Below are positions 12,066 to 26,000 of a DNA stretch of 64,000 nucleotides, one piece after another (positions within the stretch are counted from its first letter, which is position 1; the number at the start of each line of letters is the position of its first letter). Under the pieces are notes generated by a model, which saw only the letters and a program-made list of their open reading frames with translations, was not told where the DNA came from and made no database searches. Location of the stretch: NCBI RefSeq assembly GCF_964204645.1, contig NC_134027.1:16462485-16526484 (forward strand), given 5' to 3'. This DNA comes from Tubulanus polymorphus (Eukaryota > Animalia > Nemertea). Both the position numbers and the translations under genes were made by a program.

Positions 12066-13470
12066 ACTAGGGGTCCAGGGACATCATGCTCACTTGGGAA
12101 GTGGTTTCAAATGCTCAACAATCTAACAATTTCAATACATAACGCCCTCTAGTGACCATATACAAAAACCTATGACCTTGAAACCCACCTAAATCATAGA
12201 ACATGTGAGAAGCTATGATTTTGTAATTGATTGTGATAACAAAATATGCCTCGTTACCAATTTAATATGGAAATACTAAGTTATTCTACTATTCAACGCC
12301 CCCTGGTGACCATATGCAAAACCCAATGACCTTAAAACTCACCGCAATCGTAGTACATGTCATGAAATACAACTTTGCAATTGATCATAGTAACAAAATA
12401 TGCCTAGGTACCAATCTAATAAGGAAATACTAAGCCATTCTACTATTCAACGACCCCTGGTGACTATATGGAATAACTAATGTCCTTAAAAACTCACCAC
12501 AATCATAGAAGATGTCATAAACTACAACTTTGCAATTGATCATGGTAACAAACATGCCTAGGTACCAATCTAATAAGGAAAAACTAAGCTTTTCTACTAT
12601 TCAACGCCCCCTGGTGACTATATGGAATAACTAATGTCCTTAAAAACTCACCACAATAATAGAGGATGTCATGACCTACAACTTTGCAATTGATCATGGT
12701 TACAAAATATGCCTTCGTACAAATATAATATAGCAATACTAAGTTATTGTATTATTCAACGCCCCCTGATGGCCACATACAAAAACAAATGACCTTGAAA
12801 CTCACCAAAATCATAGAGCACGTTATGGGCTACAACTTTCCAATTGAATATAGTAACACAATATGCTTAGGTATCAATTTAATGTGGAAAAACTTTTTCC
12901 CACCTACGAATGAGTACTGATGACACCAAGATGGCCGCCAATTGCGTCATAATTGGCTGATCAAAATACCTGTCCCAGGTATAAAACATCCCTCTCTAAA
13001 GAATACCCATCAGCAATTGCAATGAGAAATGGCAAACCAGTAGGAAGCTTCGTGACCTAGAATTCTGGCCAAAATTTTTGGGCACTAAAAAGGTCATAGG
13101 ACGGCCATCTTGAGTCAGATCGACCCAATTTTCTTATGCTGATGGGCCTTTGGTAGATTCAAATATAAACGAAAGATCAAGGTAATTGATCAAAGCGTCT
13201 TCAAAATTTCCCACGAAAACTTCGAAAATGTTTAAAAAGTGCTGATTTTGGTAAACAAAAATGGCTGCCAGTCGGCCATCTTGAATCTGACAGGGCCAGT
13301 TTTTGGGCTGACGATGTGTCTAGGGTAGATACATGTATAAACTAAATATCAAGACATTACCTTGAAGCGTCTTCAAAATTTCCCAAAATAACTGGATTCC
13401 GTCTATGGACGGACGGACGGACGAAGAGTTAACGCAATAGCCCGCTGGGACTGAAGTCCCAAGTGGACTG
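12066..13470 (+). mobile_element. Complete Helentron/HINE-like element (family B) nested in a satellite A-tract
   Basis: 5' ACTAGGGGTCCAGGGAC; sub-terminal IR CACTTGGGA (12091) / TCCCAAGTG (13457); about 120-bp internal tandem repeats; (GGAC)n; 3' hairpin TGGGACT-GA-AGTCCCA; inserted between A residues with no TSD. Confidence 0.8.
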
Positions 13471-16400
13471 AAAAAGAATTGTCGCGGGCGACAAACCCAA
13501 ACTAATGAATTGTCGCGGGTAATAAAACCAAAATATTGAATTGTCGCGGGCGATAAAACAAAAATATTGAATTGTCGCGGGCGATAAAACCAAACTAATG
13601 AATTGTCGCGGGCGACAAAAACAAAATAATGAATTGTCAGGTGCGACAAAACCAAAATAATGAATTCTCGCAGGCGATAAAACCAAAGTAATGAATTGTC
13701 GTGAGCGATAAAACCAAAATATTGAATTTTTCGCGGGCGACAAAACCAAAATATTGAATTGTCGCGGGCGATAAAACCAAAATAATGAATTGTCTCGGGC
13801 GACAAAACCAAAATAATGAATAATCGCGGGCGACAAAACCAAAATATTGAATTGTCGCTGGCAACAAAACCAAAAAAAATTGTCGCGGACGACAAAAACA
13901 AAATATTAAATAAAAAATAATGAATTGTCTCGGGCGATAAAACCACAATAATGAATTGTCGCAGATGAAAAAACCAAAATGGTGAATTGTCGCGGGCGAC
14001 AAAACCAAAATAATGAATTGTCGCGGGCGAGAAAACCAAAAAAAAAAATTGTCGCGGGCGACAAAAATAAAATATAAAACCAAAATAATGAATTGTCGCG
14101 GGCGACAAAACCAAAACAATGAATTGTCGGTGGCGATAAAACCAAAGTAATGAATTGTGGTGGGCGATAAAACCAAAATATTGAATTTTTCGCGGGCGAC
14201 AAAACCAAAATATTGAATTGTCGCGGGCGATAAAACCAAAATAATGAATTGTCTCGGGCGTCAAAACCAAAATAATGAATTGTCGCGGGCGACAAAACCA
14301 AAACAATGAATTGTCGCTGGCGATAAAACCAAAGTAATGAATTGTCGCGGGCGATAAAACCAAAATATTGAATTTTTCGCGGGCGACAAAACCAAAATAT
14401 TGAATTGTCGCTGGCGATAAAACCAAAATAATGAATTGTCTCGGGCGACAAAACCAAAATAATGAATTATCGCGGGCGACAAAACCAAAATATTAAATTG
14501 TCGCGGGCAACAAAACCAAAAAAAATTGTCGCGGACGACAAAAACAAAATATTAAATAAAAAATAATGAATTGTCTCGGGCGATAAAACCACAATAATGA
14601 ATTGTCGCAGATGAAAAAACCAAAATGGTGAATATTCGCGGGCGACAAAACCAAAATAATGAATTGTCGCGGGCGATAAAACCGTAATAATGAATTGTCG
14701 CCGGCGATAAAACCAAAATAATGAATTGTCTCGGGCAACAAAACCAAAATAATGAATTATCGCAGGCGATAAAACCAAAATATTGAATTGTCGCAGGCGA
14801 TAAAACCAAAATATTGAATTGTCGCGGGCGAGAAAACCAAAAAAAAAAAATTGTCGCGGGCGACAAAAACAAAATATAAAACCAAAATAATGAATTGTCG
14901 CGGGCGACAAAACCAAAATAATGAATTGTCGCTGGCGATAAAACCAAAGTAGTGAATTGTCGTAGGCGATAAAACCAAAATATTGAATTTTCGCGGGCGA
15001 CAAAACCAAAATAATGAATTGTCGCAAGCGATAAAACCAAAATAATGAATTGTCGCGGGCGATAAAACCAAAATATTGAATTGTTGCGTGTGACAAAACC
15101 AAAATAATGAATTGTCGTAATGTCGCCCTCATTTGCATATTCGTGTTTTTTTTCCCCCACAGCGAACGCTTACTCCGAATGTCAAGTGTGAGTCCAGCAT
15201 ACGGATAGGAGTGTGTTATATACTTGTATTTAGTAAATACCTTGTGCATTTGACAATGATCGGTATGTACTGTAGGAAATATAGAGTATTGATAAATGGT
15301 TGAAGCCCGCGGCCGAATAAAGTAATATATTCTTTTATTTTGATACCTCGTCGACATAACAGCTTTTCTCCGCCATATCTCTTCGGCCTGTTTAGTTTAG
15401 GCCTACGATTCCCCGGTACACTAAAGATTTATCTTAGTAAATACACGGTTAATTCGGTAAAGAAAAATAGGTATTGTTAAACTAACTTCTTGAAACCCGC
15501 AGCCAAATCACTGGTAGTAATAAATTAATTTGTACTCGATTTGATTCTCATGATGAGGAGAAACTCGCAGCTCATCCCCGGAACGTCGATGTAGTAACAC
15601 ACGTCGATTCGTCGATGTTTACGGCTCGACAGTGCTTTTAAAATCTAAAGTAGTAAATTTCCAGTGTATCGGTAATATGATTTGATGAGGAAAATGGGCT
15701 ATTGTTAAAATCACTGTTTGAAGACCGCGACTGAATGTGAAGTCTGCGGCAATAAATTAGTTCATTTATACTTGAATTGATAATCGAAGTGACAGTTGGC
15801 CTGCGGGTTGATTTCGGGATGACGACTCGAAAAACATGTCGCCCCATTGAATGGGGCTAAATTGTCGATGTTTACAGCCCGACAGCGCATTTGTAACGAT
15901 GATTCGTGAAAAAACACGCGGGCTATTTGTAGATCTCAGTGAGCTGAACGATATTATATGGATTGTATGTGAAACAGCGGTAAGGTAACAAAGCCTATGT
16001 TCTTTTGGTAAAAATAGTGTGGAAGAAAATAATAATAAATATAGCTGCAAAGCAGCGATAACGGGTTTTCTGCACAGTCTTAGAATCCTGTTCAACGGTG
16101 GATTTCAACAAAGCATTTGATAAGGTTCAACATCAGCCATTACTAAAGAGGCTATTAGGAAACAGTATCAATGATAGGTCGTTAAAATGGCTCAGCAGTT
16201 ATCTCTGAACGGAAACTTGTAACCGAAATCAACGGAACGCCTCATCTTGGAATGAGACGGTCTAACTAGTGGAGTCACGCAAGGTAGTATCCTAAGTCGT
16301 CTTCTGTTTAATGTCCTGACAAATGACATACACAGTAATCCACAATATACCAGACCGAGTAAATTTCCAAAACGACCTTAACACACTGTTCGACGAAAAA

Positions 16401-16795
16401 ACTTAATGTTCCGACAAAACCAAAATATTGAATTGTCACGGGCGACAAAACAAAAATAATGAATTGTCGCGGGCAATAAAACCAAAATAATGAATTGTCG
16501 CGGGCGATAAAACCAAAATTATGAATTGTCGCGGGTGACAAAACCAAAATATTGAATTGTCACGGGCGACAAAACAAAAATAATGAATTGTCGCGGGCGA
16601 TAAAACCAAAATAATGAATTGTCGCGGGCGATAAAACCACAATAATGAATTGTCGCGGGCGTTAAAACCAAAATATTGAATTGTCGCGGCGATAAAACCA
16701 AAATGATGAATTGTCGCAGACGACAAAAACAAAATATTGAATTGTTGCGTGCGACAAAACCAGAATAATGAATTGTCGCGGGAGACAAAACCAAA

Positions 16796-17058
16796 CTAGG
16801 GGTCCAGGGACACCATGCTCACTTGGGAAGTGGTTTCAAATGCTCAACAATCTAACAATTTCAATACATAACGCCCTCTAGTGACCATATACAAAAACCA
16901 ATGACCTTGAAACCCATAGATACATGTATAAACCAAATATCAAGACATTACCTTGAAGCGTCTTCAAAACTTCCCAAAATAACTGGATTCCGCCTATGGA
17001 CGGACGGGCGAAAAGTGAACACAATAGCCCGCTGGGACTAAATTCCCAAGTGGACTGA
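16796..17058 (+). mobile_element. Internally deleted family B copy (duplicated at 18386-18648)
   Basis: Both ends of 12066-13470 are joined directly; an identical copy lies 1590 bp downstream. Confidence 0.8.
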
Positions 17059-20000
17059 AAAAGAATTGTCACGGGCAACAAAACCAAACTAATGAATTGT
17101 CGCGGGTGATAAAACCAAAATATTGAATTATCGCGGGCGACAAAACCAAACTAATGAATTGTCGCGGGCGATAAAACCAAACTAATGAATTGTCGCGGGC
17201 GATAAAACAAAAATATTGAATTGTCGCGGGCGATAAAACCTAAATAATGAATTGTCTCGGGCAATAAAACAAAAATATTGAATTGTCGCGGGCGATAAAA
17301 CCAAAATAATGAATTGTCTCGGGCGATAAAACCAAAATAATGAATTGTCGCGGGCGACAAAACCAAAATAATGAATTGTCGCGGACGATAAACACAAAAT
17401 ATTGAATTGTCGCGGGCGACAAAACCAAAATAATGAATTGTCGCGGGCGATAAAACCAAACTAATGAATTGTCGCGGGCGATAAAACAAAAATATTGAAT
17501 TGTCGCGGGCGATAAAACAAAAATAATGAATTGTCGCGGGCGATAAAACCAAAATAATGAATTGTCGCTGGAGATAAAACCAAAGTAATGAATTGTCGTG
17601 GGCGATAAAACCAAAATATTGAATTGTCGCGGGCGACAAAACCAAATTAATGAATTTTTGCGGGGGACAAAACCAAAAAAAGAATTGTCGGGGCGACAAA
17701 ACCAAAATAATGAATTGTCGCGGGCGACAAAACCAAAATGGTGAATTGTCGCGGGCGATAAAACCAAAATAATGAATTATCGCGGGCGACAAAACCAAAC
17801 TAATGAATTTTCGCGGGCGACAAAACCAAAAAAAGAATTGTCGGGGCGACAAAACCAAAATAATGAATTGTCGCGGGCGACAAAACCAAAAGATGGAATT
17901 GTCGCGGGCGACAATACCAAAAAAAAAGAATTGTCAGGGCGACAAAACCAAAATAATGAATTGTCGCGGGCGATAAAACCAAACTAATGAATTGTCGCGG
18001 GCGATAAAACAAAAATATTGAATTGTCGCGGGCGATAAAACAAAAATAATGAATTGTCGCGGGCGATAAAACCAAAATAATGAATTGTCGCGGGCGATAA
18101 AACCAAAATTATGAATTGTCGCGGGTGACAAAACCAAAATATTGAATTGTCACGGGCGACAAAACAAAAATAATGAATTGTCGCGGGCGATAAAACCAAA
18201 ATAATGAATTGTCGCGGGCGATAAAACCACAATAATGAATTGTCGCGGGCGTTAAAACCAAAATATTGAATTGTCGCGGCGATAAAACCAAAATGATGAA
18301 TTGTCGCAGACGACAAAAACAAAATATTGAATTGTTGCGTGCGACAAAACCAGAATAATGAATTGTCGCGGGAGACAAAACCAAACTAGGGGTCCAGGGA
18401 CACCATGCTCACTTGGGAAGTGGTTTCAAATGCTCAACAATCTAACAATTTCAATACATAACGCCCTCTAGTGACCATATACAAAAACCAATGACCTTGA
18501 AACCCATAGATACATGTATAAACCAAATATCAAGACATTACCTTGAAGCGTCTTCAAAACTTCCCAAAATAACTGGATTCCGCCTATGGACGGACGGGCG
18601 AAAAGTGAACACAATAGCCCGCTGGGACTAAATTCCCAAGTGGACTGAAAAAGAATTGTCACGGGCAACAAAACCAAACTAATGAATTGTCGCGGGTGAT
18701 AAAACCAAAATATTGAATTATCGCGGGCGACAAAACCAAACTAATGAATTGTCGCGGGCGATAAAACCAAACTAATGAATTGTCGCGGGCGATAAAACAA
18801 AAATATTGAATTGTCGCGGGCGATAAAACCTAAATAATGAATTGTCTCGGGCAATAAAACAAAAATATTGAATTGTCGCGGGCGATAAAACCAAAATAAT
18901 GAATTGTCTCGGGCGATAAAACCAAAATAATGAATTGTCGCGGGCGACAAAACCAAAATAATGAATTGTCGCGGACGATAAACACAAAATATTGAATTGT
19001 CGCAGGCGATAAAACCGAAATAATGAATTATCGCGGGCGATAAAACCAAAACATTGAATTGTCGTGGGCGATAAAACCAAAATAATGAATTGTCGCGGGC
19101 GACAAAACCAGAAACAAGAATTGTCGCGGGCGACAAAACCAAAATAATGAATTGTCGCTGGAGATAAAACCAAAGTAATGAATTGTCGTGGGCGATAAAA
19201 CCAAAATATTGAATTGTCGCGGGCGACAAAACCAAATTAATGAATTTTTGCGGGGGACAAAACCAAAAAAAGAATTGTCGGGGCGACAAAACCAAAATAA
19301 TGAATTGTCGCGGGCGACAAAACCAAAATGGTGAATTGTCCAGGCGACAAAACCAAAATAATGAATTGTCGCGGGTGATAAAACCAAAATAATGAATTGT
19401 CGCGGGCGATAAAACCAAAATAATGAATTGTCTCGGGCGACAAAACCAAAATAATGAATTGTCGCGGGCGATAAAACCAAAATAATGAATTATCGCGGGC
19501 GACAAAACCAAACTAATGAATTTTCGCGGGCGACAAAACCAAAAAAAGAATTGTCGGGGCGACAAAACCAAAATAATGAATTGTCGCGGGCGACAAAACC
19601 AAAATAATGAATTGTCGCGGGCGATAAAACCAAACTAATGAATTGTCGCGGGCGATAAAACAAAAATATTGAATTGTCGCGGGCGATAAAACAAAAATAA
19701 TGAATTGTCGCGGGCGATAAAACCAAAATAATGAATTGTCGCTGGAGATAAAACCAAAGTAATGAATTGTCGTGGGCGATAAAACCAAAATATTGAATTG
19801 TCGCGGGCGACAAAACCAAATTAATGAATTTTTGCGGGGGACAAAACCAAAAAAAGAATTGTCGGGGCGACAAAACCAAAATAATGAATTGTCGCGGGCG
19901 ACAAAACCAAAATGGTGAATTGTCGCGGGCGACAAAACCAAAATGGTGAATTGTCGCGGGCGATAAAACCAAAATAATGAATTATCGCGGGCGACAAAAC

Positions 20001-23000
20001 CAAACTAACGAATTTTCGCGGGCGACAAAACCAAAAAAAGAATTGTCCGGGCGACAAAACCAAAATAATGAAGTGTCGCGGGCGACAAAACCAAAAGATG
20101 GAATTGTCGCGGGCGACAATACCAAAAAAAGAATTGTCAGGGCGACAAAACCAAAATAATGAATTGTCGCGGGCGACAAAACCAAAATAATGAATTGTCG
20201 CGGGCGATAAAACCAAACTAATGAATTGTCGCGGGCGATAAAACAAAAATATTGAATTGTCGCGGGCGATAAAACAAAAATAATGAATTGTCGTGGGCGA
20301 TAAAACCAAAATAATGAATTGTCTCGGGCGACAAAACCAAAATAATGAATTGTCGCGGACGATAAAAACAAAATATTGGATTGTCGCGGGCGATAAAACC
20401 GAAATAATGAATTATCGCGGGCGATAAAACCATAACATTGAATTGTCGCAGGCGATAAAACCAAAATAATGAATTGTCGCGGGCGACAAAACCAAAATAA
20501 TGAATTGTCACTGGAGATAAAACCAAAGTAATGAATTGTCGTGGGCGATAAAACCAAAATATTGAATTGTCGCGGGCGACAAAACCAAACTAATGAATTT
20601 TCGCGGGCGACAAAACCAAAAAAAGAATTGTCGGGGCGACAAAACCAAAATAATGAATTGTCACGGGCGACAAATCCAAAATGGTGAATTGTCCAGGCGA
20701 CAAAACCAAAATAATGAATTGTCGCGGGCGATAAAACCAAAATAATGAATTGTCGCGGGCGATAAAACTAAAATAATGAATTGTCTCGGGCGACAAAACC
20801 AAAATTATGAATTGTCGCGGGCGATAAAACCAAAATAATGAATTGTCGCGGGCGATTAAACCAAAATAATGAATTGTCGCGGGCGACAAAATCAAAATAT
20901 TGAATTGTCACGGGCGACAAAACCAAAAAGAAGAATTGTCGTGGTCGACAAAACCAAAATAATGAATTGTCGCGGGCGACAAAACCAAAATAATGAATTG
21001 TCGCTGGAGATAAAACCAAAGTAATGAATTGTCGCGGGCGATAAAACCAAAATATCGAATTGTCGCGGGCGACAAAACCAAACTAATGAATTGTCGCGGG
21101 CGACAAAACCAAAAAAAGAATTGTCGGGACGACAAAACCGTAATAATGAATTGTCGCCGGCGATAAAACCAAAATAATGAATTGTCTCAGGCGACAAAAC
21201 CAAACTAATGAATTATCGCGGGCGATAAAACCAAAATATTGAATTGTCGCATGCGATAAAACCAAAACATTGAAAAAAAAAAATTGTCGCGGGCGACAAA
21301 AACAAAATATAAAACCAAAATAATGAATTGTCGCGTGTGACAAAACCAAAATAATGAATTGTCGCGGGTGACAAAATCAAAATCATTGTTTTCTCGCGTT
21401 ATTTTAGTTTTGTCGTAATGTCGCCCTCATTTGCATATTCGTGTTTTTTTTTTATCTTATCAGCCACCATACTAAAGCCTTAAGGTCGCGTAAAACTCGA
21501 TAAACACTTCAAGCGACACAGCGAACGATCTCCTTTCCCCCACAGCGAACGCTTACTCCGAATGTCAAGTGTGAGTCCAGCATACGGATAGGAGTGTGTT
21601 ATATACTTGTATTTAGTAAATACCTTGTGCATTTGACAATGATCGGTATGTACTGTAGGAAATATAAAACCAAAATAATGAATTATCGCGGGCGACAAAA
21701 CCAAACTAATGAATTTTCGCGGGCGACAAAACCAAAAAAAGAATTGTCCGGGCGACAAAACCAAAATAATGAATTGTCGCGGGCGACAAAACCAAAAGAT
21801 GGAATTGTCGCGGGCGACAATACCAAAAAAAGAATTGTCAGGGCGACAAAACCAAAATAATGAATTGTCGCGGGCGACAAAACCAAAATAATGAATTGTC
21901 GCGGGCGATAAAACCAAACTAATGAATTGTCGCGGGCGATAAAACAAAAATATTGAATTGTCGCGGGCGATAAAACAAAAATAATGAATTGTCGTGGGCG
22001 ATAAAACCAAAATAATGAATTGTCTCGGGCGAAAAAACCAAAATAATGAATTGTCGCGGACGATAAAAACAAAATATTGGATTGTCGCGGGCGATAAAAC
22101 CGAAATAATGAATTATCGCGGGCGATAAAACCATAACATTGAATTGTCGCAGGCGATAAAACCAAAATAATGAATTGTCGCGGGCGACAAAACCAAAATA
22201 ATGAATTGTCACTGGAGATAAAACCAAAGTAATGAATTGTCGTGGGCGATAAAACCAAAATATTGAATTGTCGCGGGCGACAAAACCAAACTAATGAATT
22301 TTCGCGGGCGACAAAACCAAAAAAAGAATTGTCGGGGCGACAAAACCAAAATAATGAATTGTCACGGGCGACAAATCCAAAATGGTGAATTGTCCAGGCG
22401 ACAAAACCAAAATAATGAATTGTCGCGGGCGATAAAACCAAAATAATGAATTGTCGCGGGCGATAAAACTAAAATAATGAATTGTCTCGGGCGACAAAAC
22501 CAAAATTATGAATTGTCGCGGGCGATAAAACCAAAATAATGAATTGTCGCGGGCGATTAAACCAAAATAATGAATTGTCGCGGGCGACAAAATCAAAATA
22601 TTGAATTGTCACGGGCGACAAAACCAAAAAGAAGAATTGTCGTGGTCGACAAAACCAAAATAATGAATTGTCGCGGGCGACAAAACCAAAATAATGAATT
22701 GTCGCTGGAGATAAAACCAAAGTAATGAATTGTCGCGGGCGATAAAACCAAAATATCGAATTGTCGCGGGCGACAAAACCAAACTAATGAATTGTCGCGG
22801 GCGACAAAACCAAAAAAAGAATTGTCGGGACGACAAAACCGTAATAATGAATTGTCGCCGGCGATAAAACCAAAATAATGAATTGTCTCAGGCGACAAAA
22901 CCAAACTAATGAATTATCGCGGGCGATAAAACCAAAATATTGAATTGTCGCATGCGATAAAACCAAAACATTGAAAAAAAAAAATTGTCGCGGGCGACAA

Positions 23001-26000
23001 AAACAAAATATAAAACCAAAATAATGAATTGTCGCGTGTGACAAAACCAAAATAATGAATTGTCGCGGGTGACAAAATCAAAATCATTGTTTTCTCGCGT
23101 TATTTTAGTTTTGTCGTTTTGTCGTAATGTCGCCCTCATTTGCATATTCGTGTTTTTTTTTTATCTTATCAGCCACCATACTAAAGCCTTAAGGTCGCGT
23201 AAAACTCGATAAACACTTCAAGCGACACAGCGAACGATCTCCTTTCCCCCACAGCGAACGCTTACTCCGAATGTCAAGTGTGAGTCCAGCATACGGATAG
23301 GAGTGTGTTATATACTTGTATTTAGTAAATACCTTGTGCATTTGACAATGATCGGTATGTACTGTAGGAAATATAAAACCAAAATAATGAATTATCGCGG
23401 GCGACAAAACCAAACTAATGAATTTTCGCGGGCGACAAAACCAAAAAAAGAATTGTCCGGGCGACAAAACCAAAATAATGAATTGTCGCGGGCGACAAAA
23501 CCAAAAGATGGAATTGTCGCGGGCGACAATACCAAAAAAAGAATTGTCAGGGCGACAAAACCAAAATAATGAATTGTCGCGGGCGACAAAACCAAAATAA
23601 TGAATTGTCGCGGGCGATAAAACCAAACTAATGAATTGTCGCGGGCGATAAAACAAAAATATTGAATTGTCGCGGGCGATAAAACAAAAATAATGAATTG
23701 TCGTGGGCGATAAAACCAAAATAATGAATTGTCTCGGGCGACAAAACCAAAATAATGAATTGTCGCGGACGATAAAAACAAAATATTGGATTGTCGCGGG
23801 CGATAAAACCGAAATAATGAATTATCGCGGGCGATAAAACCATAACATTGAATTGTCGCAGGCGATAAAACCAAAATAATGAATTGTCGCGGGCGACAAA
23901 ACCAAAATAATGAATTGTCACTGGAGATAAAACCAAAGTAATGAATTGTCGTGGGCGATAAAACCAAAATATTGAATTGTCGCGGGCGACAAAACCAAAC
24001 TAATGAATTTTCGCGGGCGACAAAACCAAAAAAAGAATTGTCGGGGCGACAAAACCAAAATAATGAATTGTCACGGGCGACAAATCCAAAATGGTGAATT
24101 GTCCAGGCGACAAAACCAAAATAATGAATTGTCGCGGGCGATAAAACCAAAATAATGAATTGTCGCGGGCGATAAAACTAAAATAATGAATTGTCTCGGG
24201 CGACAAAACCAAAATTATGAATTGTCGCGGGCGATAAAACCAAAATAATGAATTGTCGCGGGCGATTAAACCAAAATAATGAATTGTCGCGGGCGACAAA
24301 ATCAAAATATTGAATTGTCACGGGCGACAAAACCAAAAAGAAGAATTGTCGTGGTCGACAAAACCAAAATAATGAATTGTCGCGGGCGACAAAACCAAAA
24401 TAATGAATTGTCGCTGGAGATAAAACCAAAGTAATGAATTGTCGCGGGCGATAAAACCAAAATATCGAATTGTCGCGGGCGACAAAACCAAACTAATGAA
24501 TTGTCGCGGGCGACAAAACCAAAAAAAGAATTGTCGGGACGACAAAACCGTAATAATGAATTGTCGCCGGCGATAAAACCAAAATAATGAATTGTCTCAG
24601 GCGACAAAACCAAACTAATGAATTATCGCGGGCGATAAAACCAAAATATTGAATTGTCGCATGCGATAAAACCAAAACATTGAAAAAAAAAAATTGTCGC
24701 GGGCGACAAAAACAAAATATAAAACCAAAATAATGAATTGTCGCGTGTGACAAAACCAAAATAATGAATTGTCGCGGGTGACAAAATCAAAATCATTGTT
24801 TTCTCGCGTTATTTTAGTTTTGTCGTTTTGTCGTAATGTCGCCCTCATTTGCATATTCGTGTTTTTTTTTATCTTATCAGCCACCATACTAAAGCCTTAA
24901 GGTCGCGTAAAACTCGATAAACACTTCAAGCGACACAGCGAACGATCTCCTTTCCCCCACAGCGAACGCTTACTCCGAATGTCAAGTGTGAGTCCAGCAT
25001 ACGGATAGGAGTGTGTTATATACTTGTATTTAGTAAATACCTTGTGCATTTGACAATGATCGGTATGTACTGTAGGAAATATACAGTATTGATAAATGGT
25101 TGAAGCCCGCGGCCGAATAAAGTAATATATTCTTTTATTTTGATACCTCGTCGACATAACAGCTTTTCTCCGCCATATCTCTTCGGCCTGTTTAGTTTAG
25201 GCCTACGATTCCCCGGTACACTAAAGATTTATCTTAGTAAATACACGGTTAATTCGGTAAAGAAAAATAGGTATTGTTAAACTAACTCCTTGAAACCCGC
25301 AGCCTAATCACTGGTAGTAATAAATTAATTTGTACTCGATTTGATTCTCATGATGAGGAGAAACTCGCAGCTCATCCCCGGAACGTCGATGTAGTAACAC
25401 ACGTCGATTCGTCGATGTTTACGGCTCGACAGTGCTTTTAAAATCTAAAGTAGTAAATTTCCAGTGTATCGGTAATATGATTTGATGAGAAAAATGGGCT
25501 ATTGTTAAAATCACTGTTTGAAGACCGCGACTGATTGTGAAGTCTGCGGCAATAAATTAGTTCATTTATACTTGAATTGATAATCGAAGTGACAGTCGGC
25601 CTGCGGGTTGATTTCGGGATGACGACTCGAAAAACATGTCGCCCCATTGAATGGGGCTAAATTTTCGATGTTTACAGCCCGACAGCGCTTTTGTAACGAT
25701 GATTCGTGAAAAAACACGCGGGCTATTTGTAGATCTCAGTGAGCTGAACGATATTATATGGATTGTATATGAAACAGCGGTAAGGTAACAAAGCCTATGT
25801 TCTTTTGGTAAAAATAGTGTGGAAGAAAATAATAATAATAAATATAGCTGCAAAGCAGCGATAACGGGTTTTCTGCACAGTCTTAGAATCCTGTTCAACG
25901 GTGGATTTCAACAAAGCATTTGATAAGGCTCAACATCAGCCATTACTGAACAGGCTATTAGGAAACAGTATCAATGATAGGTCGCCCAAATGGCACAGCA

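Noticed and set aside
15131-15138. Octamer ATTTGCAT at the end of several satellite arrays
   Set aside because: A single site multiplied by duplication and altered in the copy at about 10408; no independent evidence of function.
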